DNA of 64,000 nt from Takakia lepidozioides (Eukaryota; Plantae; Bryophyta). Each line of letters starts with the position of its first letter. Position 1 is the stretch's first letter. Below the pieces are notes generated by a model. That model saw nothing but the letters and a program-made list of their open reading frames with translations. It did not search any database and had not been told where the DNA came from. The stretch covers positions 49,166,001 to 49,230,000 of the forward strand of contig CM060733.1 of NCBI GenBank assembly GCA_030704615.1, given 5' to 3'. The translations under genes and the position numbers were made by a program. This document shows positions 51,858-63,477 of this stretch, in pieces.

Positions 51858-53295
51858 CATGACAGACAGTGGTGCTTATGCATACAAAGTCATGTTTTTT
51901 GGACTATGTAATGCACCAGCAACTTTCCAAAGAATGATAAGTAAATCTTTCAATGAGTATTTGGATGATTTCATGCACGTGTTCTTAGATGACTTCAGTG
52001 TGTCCAGCTCTAAGAATGAGCACTTGCAGAAGTTGGAGTTATGTTGGCCAGATGGAAGATGAGAGGTCTTGGTCTGAATCCAGAAAAGTGTATTTTCTGT
52101 GTGAGCTCAGGGGTATTTCTGGGATACATTGTGTGTAAGAAAGGACTGTTTGTGGCTCCTAGAAAGACTGAGGCCATTAAAGCATCCCCACCACCAGTAA
52201 ATGTTAAGGCTCTAAGGAGATTCCTTGGACAAACCAGCTACTACAGAAGGTTTGTCAGGCACTATGCATAGATGGCAGCACCATTGAGCAAGCTTTTGAA
52301 GAAGGATGCAGTGTTTGCATGGACGGCTGAATGCCAACAGGCATTTGAGGCACTTACAATGTCAGTAATAACAACACCTGTGTTGATTAACCCTCACTGG
52401 CATGTGGTATTTCATGTACACTGTGATGCCTCAGGAGAAGCATTGGGGGCTGTGTTAGCCCAAAATGTCACATGAAACATAGATTCACCTGTGTATTATG
52501 CTAGTAGATTGTTGAACAGTGCTGAGATGAACTATAGCACTACTGAAAGAGAAGCTTTGACAATGATTTATGCAGTCAAGAAATTAAGGCATTATCTACT
52601 GGGAATAAAGTTTATGTTTTATATGAATCATCAGGCTTTGATTTATCTAGTGAACAAGCCTTTGCTAAGTGGCAGGATAGCAAGATGGTTGATTATCTTG
52701 CACGAGTTTGAATTCGAAGTTGTTTATCAGCCGGGATGATTGCATCTTGTGGCAGATCACTTGTCACACCTTTCAACAGGAGAGCCCGCCACAGGAGTAG
52801 ACGATCAACTGCCTGGTGCGAGTTTATTCGCAGTGGAGGTGCAGGGAGCGGATGATTGGTTGGATTGGCAGTGGCCAATCAAATACTACCTTACTCATGG
52901 TCAGTGCACACCCAGTTATAAGAAGGAGTAGAGGAAAAGAATAGCTATCAAGGCATTACCATACACTATGATAGGTGGAAGATTGTATAAGCTAGGACCT
53001 GATGGAGTTCTTAAACGATGCTTGTACCACCATGAGGTTAATAAAGTTCTGGAAGAAGTTCATAAAGGAGTGGCTGGAGGTCATTTTAGAGAAGAGACTA
53101 CCAATAGGAAAATACTACTTGTAGGTTACTGGTGGCCTACTTTATTCAAGGATGTACACAAGTTTTGCAAGAGTTGTGATGAGTGTTAGAGGCTAGGACG
53201 TTTGCAAAGATCTGGGAAGATGGCTTTGATGCCTACTGAACCATTCCAGAAATGGGGATTAGACTTTGTTGGACCAATTAATCCACCAGCCAGGA
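51858..53295 (+). mobile_element. Ty3/gypsy pol fragment (RT C-half, RNase H, integrase N-terminus), degenerate
   Basis: VMFFGLCNAPATFQR, VFLDDFSV, HCDASGEALGAVL, NYSTTEREAL, integrase HHCC region (VHKGVAGGHF...CKSCDEC) and PFQKWGLDFVGP. There are several in-frame stops and one frameshift, and both ends are truncated. Confidence 0.92.
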
Positions 53296-54306
53296 ATGAC
53301 GAGTAGGAACTTGTCAAACAGTTGGGTCATGTTCGACCATATCAAGCGAATTACAAATCACCAGTGGGTGACAATGGGTGCACATGTCTACGACACCCAC
53401 TGCAGGATGCTAATGACAATTGTTATTTGTGAGATGAAAGGAGAGGACACACAATCGGAGATGCTTCTTTGGCAAGGAATAAACGAACAGATGGCCAAGG
53501 CGGGATTGCCCCCTCCGAATTTCCGTGGTTTCATGGCGGACAACGCACAAGCAAATTGGGCTGCCATCCGAAGGGTGTACGGGCAAGACCCCAATGTTCC
53601 CATGGAAGGCAAGGAGAGATCTTGTGGGTTCCATTTTCTGCAGAGCCTTTCGCAGTACACAACCAGGCTCGTGGCGCCAGATTTCAGAGAGGAGCACCGT
53701 TCCATGTGCCTTGCGTGGAAGCGCGCTCCTACCTTGGATGATGCAGAGACACAGTTTGCATGCATACGGGCTTGGTGGACATCGTCAGGTGCTGTAAGGA
53801 AATCAGACGAGGGAGCAATGGTCAGTTGGCTAGCATGGTGGCATTATCGTTTCCTCCAGTTCGGCGACTATATGCGGGAGGTGAGTTGCACGTCCGAACA
53901 TGCTAAGTCCGAACATGCACTGGAAAAATGGCGCCGAATTACCTGTCATGAGGGGACCTATAGCCGCGGAATTCGGCACCATTTTTCGCCAGAGAGACCT
54001 ATTACCGTGAAATACGTCGTCGTTTTCCAGGTTACGGACCCTATTACCGCGAAATTCGGCGCCATATTTGCACATGTCGCTGGGAATTGGCATGAGCGGA
54101 AGACGAAATATCATGAGCACAACTGTCAAAACTGCAATTTTTCCTTCAAGGGGCCGAATAATATATTTGTTTTTCCTGACACATTGCATTAAATTATTGT
54201 ATTTTATTGTTTTTTATTTTCGAAATTTGGACTTCTGCTCATGAAAACCGATTGTCTTACTACTCCGCTCATGCCGCTCATGCTCATGAAATAGCAAACC
54301 TCCTCA
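53296..54306 (+). mobile_element. Inverted, internally deleted copy of the MULE-like transposon at 58158-64000
   Basis: 53296-53892 is the reverse complement of ~60429-61025 with about 6 mismatches. ~53903-54306 matches ~58158-58586, ending ...ATAGCAAACCTCCTCA. Confidence 0.92.
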
Positions 54307-54314
54307 TCCAGTCA

Positions 54315-57095
54315 TCATCTCCAGTCATACTCTCTAACTCCTCGAGGTCTTCTCGTAGCAGGTAATCTACTAGATTTCTTTGTGGTAATTTGTATCTCGT
54401 GTATCCCATTATGCACGGTTAGTAACTGAGAATTCCAGTCATGGAATACCCTGGCTTGTTTTAGCCACGGACGTCCCAATAATAAGGAGTAAGCCTCCAT
54501 GACTTCATCCATCTTCAACACAGTTACTGTGATCATAAAGATCATCTTCTGTATCTGTATCTTAACTCCTCTTATTAATCCCAATGGCTGTACACTTCTT
54601 TGATCTGCCATTGTTACTGTAAATGGGGCTGGTTTCATGTTACTAAGACCAAGCTTCTTTCTTAATTGGTCTGTCATGATATTTACTCCAAAACCTCCAT
54701 CTATCAGTACATCAGTTAGTTTTGTGCTTCCAATTCTCAATTGGATTACTAGCATAGAATCATCAAAGTCCATGACTATTTCTCGCCCTTCCGGCTTCAC
54801 ATTATAACTGGTCACATTGTTGTTCAGGTCTGTGTTTCCTGTCTCCTGGGCAATTCGATTGATTGCTTGATACAGCCTGTGCCTACAATAAGGTGCCACA
54901 GCCAATAGCTGTCCAATGGTAATTTCTGCTTTGGTCTGGCATATTACTTCAGCCAAAGTCTCTTCATTACTTTGCATGTCTGCATCTTCTTTCTTTCTTT
55001 CATCCTCCCTCCCTTCTTCTTCTCCATCAGAATCAGAGGAATCTGCCACAGGAATATCAGTACTCTTCTGCATTTCCCTTATGGTATCTGCCACTTCCTT
55101 GTGCAGTTCCTTCTCATCTCTCCAAGCCTCATCATCTTCAGGTATATCACTGTCACCTTCATTATCATCATCTTCCTCTACTACTGGAGGTATTAGTTTG
55201 TCTTTGCTTCTTGTTACTATCATTGTACTTACTTCTGGTACAACACATGGCCTAACCATGTGAGCTGCCACCACTGGGCCCTCATTCACATGAGCTCTCA
55301 TCTCATTCTGGTGTCTAATCCAAAATAAACATGCTGCCTTGCGATGTCCTGGCTGATTACAATAGTAACATAGTTCTTCACCATTTGGTCCTCGCCCTTG
55401 GTCTGCTCTTGGATTATTTCTGTAATCCTGATTCCCGGGTTGGTAATTCCCCCTTGGATTACCCTGATAGTTGCCTCTGGAATTTCCTTGGTAATTTCCT
55501 CTTCAATTACATCTCCCTTCCATACCATTGTTATAACCACCAGACCTACCATAGTGGTCCTGCTCATTGTTTCTTCTTGGCTGGGGCTGCACCTGATGCA
55601 CCCTTACTTGCCTAGGTTCTCTTGCAACTGTCCTTCTGTTGTAGTAACAATTCTCAGTAGAATGGTTATCCATTTTACAGATAGTACAGTGTTTCTCCTT
55701 CATGTGGCATTCTGTGGTGGTATGGCCTTCATTCTGGCACTTTGCACACCATACACCCTTCCTCCAATGTGTTGCAGCCTCTGTGGCATACTTCTTCAAG
55801 ATTTCTTCCAATCTTTTCTCATAGTTATTCCTCTTCAACTTCTCCTTTCTCTTACTCTTCCTTTTTAGTTCTTGCTCTTCTTCTTCATCTGACTCATCCT
55901 CAGAGTCCTCATCATCCCTTTTCTCTCTCCTGAGCATTCCCAATTGCTCAATTCTGTTTGCAGTTTCAAATGCCTCCTCCACTGTATTATGGGGTAACAT
56001 ATCCACTTTCTTTTGCAACTCTGGTCTTAGTCCACTCACAAACCAAGTCTTCTGTAAACCTGGTGCTGGTACTGCAGCCAGCTTTTTCATCATCAATTCC
56101 ATCTTTTCCATATACTCCTCAACAGTTTCATGCTTCTTTTGCTTTAACTGTTGTAAACTTCCATACACTTCATCCTCAATTTTACTTGTCCTGAACCTAT
56201 TTCGGAATGCTGTATTCAAGCCATTCCAGGTTAGGAAATGATTATCAGGGAATCTTGCATACCATTCACTTGCTTTCTTTATAAGTGAACAAGGAAACAA
56301 TCTCATCTTGGCATCATCGTCATTCTCATTGTTCACTATACACATGTGCTCAAATTGGCTAATGTGTACATCGGGATCCCCTTTTCCTGAATATATTGGA
56401 AAAGGTGGTTTTGCCCGTGTTGGTTGTAACGCCATCTGTGGCCCTACTTTCTGCCCACTGACAGGTGCTGGCACCCTTGCTGGTGCTGGTCCTTCAGGAC
56501 CTTTTGTTGTTGTGGTGGATCTTTCACCAAGTGGTGGCCCTTGAGCACTCCCTGCTTCTGGCCCCACGATATTCACAGTATTCCCAGCTTCAGTTGCACT
56601 ACTTCCCACACTCCATGTCCCCCCAGAGCCAGATCCAGGCAGCCCGCCTGATCCCCCTGAGCCGACACCTTCGTTGGCCTGTGATCCAAGTGCTCCACTT
56701 GATCCAGGTCCAACGGGTTGGGATGTCCTGGTTGTAGTCTCAACCTCAGCTGTTGGGTCTACTTCTTCATACTCTTCCTCTTCCAATTTCTTCTCTCTGT
56801 TTTTATCCTCCAAGTTCTGCCATTGGGTTTCTTCTTCATTCATGTAACTCAACTGCAATGGTATTGGAGAGTCTGAACTCTCCGTTGGCTCTGCCACATC
56901 CTCTCCTCCTTCTTCACCTTCCGCTTCAGAAACTGGAGTTCCTGCTTTTGGTGTTCCATGCCAACTCTTATCAAAGATTTCTGTCAAATCTTTTATCCAG
57001 GGATGTACCTCAGATCTTTCACCTCGTGATTGATCTTCTTCCCGTACCAATTCCCTTAATCTTTCTTGCAAAGAAACAGAAGGAGTGGCATCCAA
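54315..57095 (-). mobile_element. Ty3/gypsy gag-protease (one frame, in-frame stop at 55503-55505, truncated after the protease)
   Basis: Retrotransposon gag core (YSGKGDPDVHISQFE...AKMRLFPCSL...EWY...LKQKKHETVEEY), CCHC knuckles CAKCQNEGHTTTEC, CTICKMDNHSTENC and CYYCNQPGHRKAAC, and aspartic protease VLIDGGFGVNIM...LLGRPWL. Confidence 0.9.
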
Positions 57096-57856
57096 CTCTA
57101 GTTCTTCCGGTATGGGTTATGTACTCTTTGATCTTAATGGTGTGAGAGGTCCAGATGATTCCCCTATGTCTATTCCTCTCTCCCAAAGATATGGATAATT
57201 AGCTTTCAGATAGCTTTCTCTTTTTGCTGAATATCTCTGGCGTCTAGCTTCTCTTTCATCACTCATGTCCCATGTCTTTCATTTCTTTTTAATGTGGCAA
57301 TAACCAAAACTCTCTTCTGTGATATCTCTCGTATATGCCTGGGTTTCTTTCAAGCTTCAATGCACCCTTGGCTATACTTGAAGTCTCCGTTACCATATAA
57401 CCATATGGCAAACAAGTCTGGAAAGTTGTTCTTGGTGTGAGTTTGATCCACAAAATATCCTTTGGAATCCAATTCTTTACCAGTACAAGCTCTTCATGCA
57501 TATGAGTATAAACATTCACCTTTCTTTCCTCCCAGCCTTCAAACTCTACTCGCTTAATGGATAGCAATGCTATCACATAAACCAATGTTGGTAACCAACG
57601 TGCTCTTCCTCTACAGGCCACCTGATAAATCTTTATCACTCCTTTCTCCAGACCCCACTCAGGGTCAGCATCATGCACTCTCTTAAGAATGTTTTCTTTA
57701 CAACCGTCTGGCAATTCCAAAAACCTCTGGAAGAATCGTTTGGACAATCTTTCCTTCTCAGTTTCACAAGGAATTTGATTCACATCAAATTCTTTAATTC
57801 TCCATCCACCATGATCCCACCAGATGCCTGTCACATCTGGTTGTTCATGACCCAGT

Positions 57857-58157
57857 TCCCCAGTATGGTCGCCAAATGTCGCGCGGCTTTTACTCACCCA
57901 TCCCTTCGCTATCCGAGGCAGAAACTCCAAGATAGAAGAGTTGGAAATCTCTAAGCACTCAACCCGCTTAGAACAATCAGTCATGACCTACAGCTAGTGT
58001 ATCATGGGGGTGTTTCCTATTTGCTTTCCTTCCCGCATTCATGTTAGCTAGTTACCTTACTGTTGGTAATTAAGTATTAGTTTGCTTCAGTAATCTATCG
58101 GATTCCATCAACTCATCCATTCATTCCACAGCTTCACTCAGATCTCTCTACACAGTG
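57857..58157 (-). mobile_element. tRNA-Arg-type primer binding site (57874-57857) and truncated 5' LTR (ending in CA at 57877)
   Basis: The minus strand reads ...CGCGACA TT TGGCGACCATACTGGGGA, resembling the tRNA-Arg PBS TGGCGACTCCACTGGGGA of Tat/Ogre-type elements. The upstream LTR is cut at the DNA transposon end. Confidence 0.6.
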
Positions 58158-58419
58158 TGAGGAGGTTTGCTATTTCATGAGCATGAGCGGCATGAGCGGC
58201 ATGAGCAGAGTAGTAACACAATCGGTTTTCATGAGCAGAAGTACAAATTTCGAAAAAAAAAAAAAACAATAAAAAAAACAATAAAAAAACAATAATTTAA
58301 TGCAATGTGTCAGGAAAAACAAATATATTATTCGGCCCCTTGAAGGGAAAATTGCACTTTTGACAGTTGTGCTCATGATATTTCGTCTTCCGCTCATGCC
58401 AATTCCCAGCGACATGTGC

Positions 58420-58781
58420 AAATATGGCGCCGAATTTCGCGGTAATAGGGTCCGTAACCTGAAAAAACGGCGACGTATTTCGCGGCAATAGGTCTCTCTG
58501 GCAAAAAATGGTGCCGAATTCCGCGGCTATAGGTCCCCTCATGACAGGTAATTCGGCGCCATTTTTCCAGTGCATGTTCGGACTTAGCCAGTTTTCGGCG
58601 CAAAATAGGGAAATTCGGCGCCATTTTTCCAGACACTGTACCAGTGCATGTTGGGACTTAGCCAGTTTTCGGCCCAAAAAGAGAAATTCGGCGCCATTTT
58701 TCCAGACACGGTACCAGTGCATGTTGGGACTTAGCCAGTTTTCGGCCCCAAAAAGAGAAATTCGGCGCCATTTTTCCAGAA
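58420..58781. repeat. Subterminal repeats (AATTCGGCGCCATTTTTCCAG, ~60-75-bp spacing)
   Basis: The motif occurs at ~58550, ~58612, ~58685 and ~58759, with inverted or degenerate copies nearer the terminus. Confidence 0.85.
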
Positions 58782-58935
58782 ATGGCCCCACAACTGCTTC
58801 TGTTGGATCTCAGTTTGAATGGAATATTGCCTCATTCCAGGAGTTTTGGGGTGCATTTCATTACACTGCAAAAAAAAAGTCTGATACAGCAAAATGCATT
58901 TGAAAATATCCATATGGAGGATTCCGTTTGCCCCA

Positions 58936-61900
58936 TCAATGATTTCTGGAATCCCTAAGGAGGAGTTTGTGCAGCTCGTTCACGCTCAACGCCGGTGCAT
59001 GAATAAAGTCATCAATAGTCACGTTCATCCTCAACCTCTTCAGGTAAATGTAATACAGATGCTTGCACGGATAATACTTCGAACCCTTCTTTGCTTCCAT
59101 CAACGAGAAGTCCGTACAGTTGCAAGTCGGCTCCACTCCAATCGTAATTGTGTATACATCGTCGCGTACAGCCGAGCCGGCCGTTGCCATCCGATACACA
59201 CGCCCAAGGCCGGGTGGGGGTACGTCCACGGAGCTCTGAATAGTGCAAGCCATCCCAAGAGCATTGGCAATCCGAGTCTCATTCAACTTGTTGGGAGGGT
59301 GTCGTCTCTTCACTCTTCCGAATCGCATTGTGGGATGTGCAGAATTGTCCAATCCGTCTCTACTGGACCGAGCAGTCTGCAATGGCTGGGTCTGAGGAAC
59401 CGGAAATGCGTGGGCCGGGATGTCTGTGCGTTGCACCATTCGAAATCCTGCTGCAGATAGAGCATCCGCCTCATTCTGAGAGAGGCTGCAACCCGGTGCA
59501 ACAGGCCAGACGCCCGGAGGCTCCGGCATTCCCTGAATCCCGTACTTGGGCTTGCCAAATACACAGGTCATTATGTCGTGCCTACAGAACCAAAATGTCT
59601 GCGTTGTGGCGTGAGCAAATGTGGGAGTCAAAAATCTGCCGCTGAAACAAGGTGCAGGTACAGCACCGTGTGGGTTCCTCCGAATCATCTCACCACAGCG
59701 TGCTCTCGTATCCACCCGGATGGCGCAACACTTCCCTCGAAATGCCGGCAATGTCCTCGCAATTCTCCACTGTGACTCCGACACTCTTGTCTCCACAATG
59801 GGAATGTTGTATTGCTTTACTACAGATGGCTCGTTATGTTGCCGGGGCACGCGCCCTGTGCTCAAAGGAGATGGCGATCTTGAACGTGCAGGACTTGCGG
59901 TGCTCGACGAGACCTCCTCGGGCAACATCACCGGACCACGAGGGAGCGTGCGAATATTCTTGTCAGCTCGCCATGAATCCTCTTCTCCGCCAGGTGCCTC
60001 GTCAAGTCTTCGTCTCACTGGACGGGTATGAACATCTCCTTCCAAATGTTGGCCTCTTCGCAGCAATGGCGTGTCCCGAAGGCCCTCTCGCAAGGCCGCC
60101 GCCCACTTCCGAGGATTCTTCGATCTGGAGGCAGTCCGCATCAGCATTTCCTGCCTGTCCGGCCCCAAGCCCCACTGTTTCCCTTTCAAGAACTCGTTGT
60201 ACCTGCATTGCTGCATAATTGACCTCACAATGTCCTCCGTTGTGGCAGTGAGGATGTCCACCAGATGCGCCGCAGAGGAGGCACGCCAGGAAGAGTGCAC
60301 TGATTCGGCCATGTTTGTCGTGGGCATGTCGGTGTCGGAGTCGAGACACATTTCCTGCACAAGCACATGTTGAGGTTACAAGCAAGTTACAAATATGGCC
60401 AAGAATAATATCCAACGGGACGCGAATTCGTGCAACTCACCTCCCGCATATAGTCGCCGAACTGGAGGAAACGATAATGCCACCATGCTAGCCAACTGAC
60501 CATTGCTCCTTCGTCTGATTTCCTTACAGCACCTGACGATGTCCACCAAGCCCGTATGCATGCAAACTGTGTCTCTGCATCATCCAAGGTGGGAGCGCGC
60601 TTCCACGCAAGGCACATGGAACGGTGCTCCTCTCTGAAATCTGGCGCCACGAGCCTGGTTGTGTACTGCGAAAGGCTCTGCAGAAAATGGAACCCACAAG
60701 ATCTCTCCTTGCCTTCCATGGGAACATTGGGGTCTTGCCCGTACACCCTTCGGATGGCAGCCCAATTTGCTTGTGCGTTGTCCGCCATGAAACCACGGAA
60801 ATTGGGAGGGGGCAATCCCGCCTTGGCCATCTGTTCGTTTATTCCCTGCCAAAGAAGCATCTCCGATTGTGTGTCCTCTCCTTTCATCTCACAAATAGCA
60901 ATTGTCATTAGCATCCTGCAGTGGGTGTCGTAGACATGTGCACCCATTGTCACCCACTGGTGATTTGTAATTCGCTTGATATGGTCGAACATGACCCAAC
61001 TGTTTGACAAGTTCCCACTCGTCATCCTGTCGACCAGTTCGACGCCACTGCCAGGTCCACACGTGGACATTTTGAATACGAAACAACGATCTGCCTCAGT
61101 CCCTTGTCCTGGAAACCTACTTCCATGAATGTAGTCATATCCACATCGTCGCTTCACCTCCAGAATGGAGTGCATATCCGAGCCACGCCCAATTTTCTGT
61201 TTGCATGAGACAATGTGGTTTCGGACATTCGGTGAACATACGTGGGACACCGACTCCAGCAATGCCTCCATTTCCTTCTCGTCGAGAGGAACTCTATCGG
61301 AGCCGTCTTCCGACATAATTCTGGCCAATGCCATCTTATGGGCGGCTTGGAGCTGTATCTGTTTGGGTTTGGCACCCGGTCTCAACTTAACCTCCTCCTG
61401 AACGAGCTGCTCTGCTTCGTGGGCAGCCTCCCGCGAGTTCCCCCTCGCCAATTTGTGACAATGGGAACCAACGTGTATGCAAGCTCGGGTGAGGTCAGGG
61501 AAACGGTGCAACACATAGAACTGCTTGGCATTACAAACAGACATGCAGTGTGGTGGTTCTTTGCAATGCGCACACTTAAATGTGGAGTTCGGAACCTTCT
61601 CCTGAGCTCGAAATGGTTGGTGAGCTGTGCCTGTCCAATCGGTCTCGTTCCTGTGACCTCTGGATTTAAAGTGGAAGCAAGTTGGGGAGAAACACCGCAA
61701 CGCGCCCGCACAAACAACGTAGCGCACCCGCACACCATCAAGCATCTTCATGCTGGTGGTTTTGGTAACGCACCAAGGATGACCGTCATGTTTTCTATCC
61801 ATATCTGTCAACATTCCGGACGCCCTCGAGTAGTCCGCCCGAGGAGGGAACTCAAAGAAGATATTACCGTCGACGTCGGCGGGAAGGCATGTAACCGATT

Positions 61901-62528
61901 TAATTGCGAACTTGCTGTAGTCCAGCCCGGCCAGCTCCGACCGGTGTCCCTCCAGGTGAAGCCCTCGCAGAATTTCAAGAATAGATCGAACTGCGGTGCT
62001 CGTGCTGGGAATATGACTCCCTCCTCCACTGACGTCCATTGAGGACTTGCCTGATCTCCAGGACGACCTCGGAACTTCCATGACCTCGTCTGAGTCGGAC
62101 AGGTTGTGAACAACCCGGTTCTCGGTCGTCTTCATGGATGGGTTCGGCTCTGGATTTACTTCGTTGCGGACTTCTCTCTTTGAGGTACCCACTCTCTGAT
62201 TCGCGGATTGTTTCGTGGAAGGCGCCAGGATAGACGGTGCATTTGGCGGGCAAATGAAGTCCCCAACAGCCCTGTATATGACGCTGTCCGATGGTGGAAC
62301 TCGCCATTCCCTGCCATCGCCGAAATCATCGTGGAGCACAACAATACTCTCGACAACAAGGCCGTTTGAGTCCTTCCTTTCCTCCTCCAAAAAAACCGAC
62401 CCCGGTTTCAGGTGGTATCGAACGCACAGATATTTCTCCATCACCCGGCAGGTGTCCCCTCTGCACGGAAATGAAGCTCTATGCTCGTGAGGAGGGCAGT
62501 ACACTGTAGCGCTCGGGTTTTCCGCCAT
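58936..62528 (-). CDS. Transposase, ~1168 aa: GCM/WRKY-like Zn DNA-binding domain + MULE DDE + C-terminal SWIM finger; exons 62528-60441 and 60354-58936
   Basis: DGHPWC..CAGALRC...C...CAHC...C...HVGSHCH, then FDHIKR (D1), FMADNAQAN (D2), SCGFHF (CxxH), TTNMAESVHS (E) and SWIM CNCTDF...PCKHLYY. An 86-nt phase-0 GTGAGT...TGCAG intron joins the two ORFs with no stops. Confidence 0.88.
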
Positions 62529-62769
62529 GGGAGATGTGCACACAAGACTGCCAGGATGGCGTGCGGGGAAGCTCCCTGGTAGAAGGGGGTGCAGCGATGG
62601 GAATGAATGCGATGCCGATTTGTCCGAGCGACGAAGCCTGATCCAAATCCAGGGAGCCAACTATCTCAAAAATCCACAGTCAGAGTGTTAATGAACCTTG
62701 TCTCCGGAATGCGGCCCCTCGTCTTTGCGCAATAACTGCCAACGGTATGCAGTCAGAAAGTGGGGGGCC

Positions 62770-63440
62770 GTCCGGATGATGACGGCTGAAGGGGAGAAGC
62801 CGGCACCGTGCCGTCACATTACTACCCCCGAATGGAAATTCGGCACCCAATATCCAACAGAGGAAGCCCGGATGAAGTCGCCTCGGGCGCAGAGGCCGGC
62901 GCGTGTGCGACAGAGAACATCCCCTGGATGGAGATTCGGCGCCGAATTTCCATCCGGGCCCCCCAAAGGGAGTCGTGTCGGGGGGTCAGGCCGAAAACTG
63001 GACGGCATAAAAACATCCCCAGATGGAAAAACGGCGCCGAATTTCCATCCGGGGCGGTTCGGATGCAGTCGGGGAGGGGGGAGTGGCCTGCACTTGGCCG
63101 TCACATTTCAACCCCCGGACGGAAATTCGGCACCGAATATCGAACAGGGGACGCCCGGATGAAGTCGCCTCGGGCGCAGAGGCCGGCGAGTGTGCGACAG
63201 AGAACATCCCCTGGATGGAGATTCGGCGCCGAATTTCCATCCGGGCCCCCCCAAAGGAAGTCTTGTCGGGGGGTCAGACCGAAAACTGGCCGACATAAAA
63301 ACCTCCCCAGATGGGAAAACGGCGCCGAATTTCAATTCGGGGCCGTTCCAATGCAGTCGGGGAGAAGGGAGAGGTCGGCACCTGGCCGTCATATTTCAAC
63401 CCCCGGGACGGAAATTCGGCACCGAATATCCAACAGAGCG
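62770..63440. repeat. ~288-bp tandem repeat (~2.4 copies) carrying degenerate palindromes
   Basis: GATGAAGTCGCCTCGGGCGCAGAGGCCGGCG at 62871 and 63158. GGAAATTCGGCACC at ~62834, 63121 and ~63410. Confidence 0.85.
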
Positions 63441-63477
63441 GGGAGAGGCGGCACCTCTCCGACAGAGACCATCCCCC

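Noticed and set aside
53266-54192. 308-aa ORF as a functional gene
   Set aside because: It is a chimeric read-through of an integrase remnant, a partial transposase and terminal repeats, and it lacks the catalytic Glu exon.
58151-58157. CACAGTG RSS/Transib-like heptamer next to the transposon end
   Set aside because: It is absent from the second copy's end, no nonamer follows, and the transposase is MULE-type rather than RAG/Transib.
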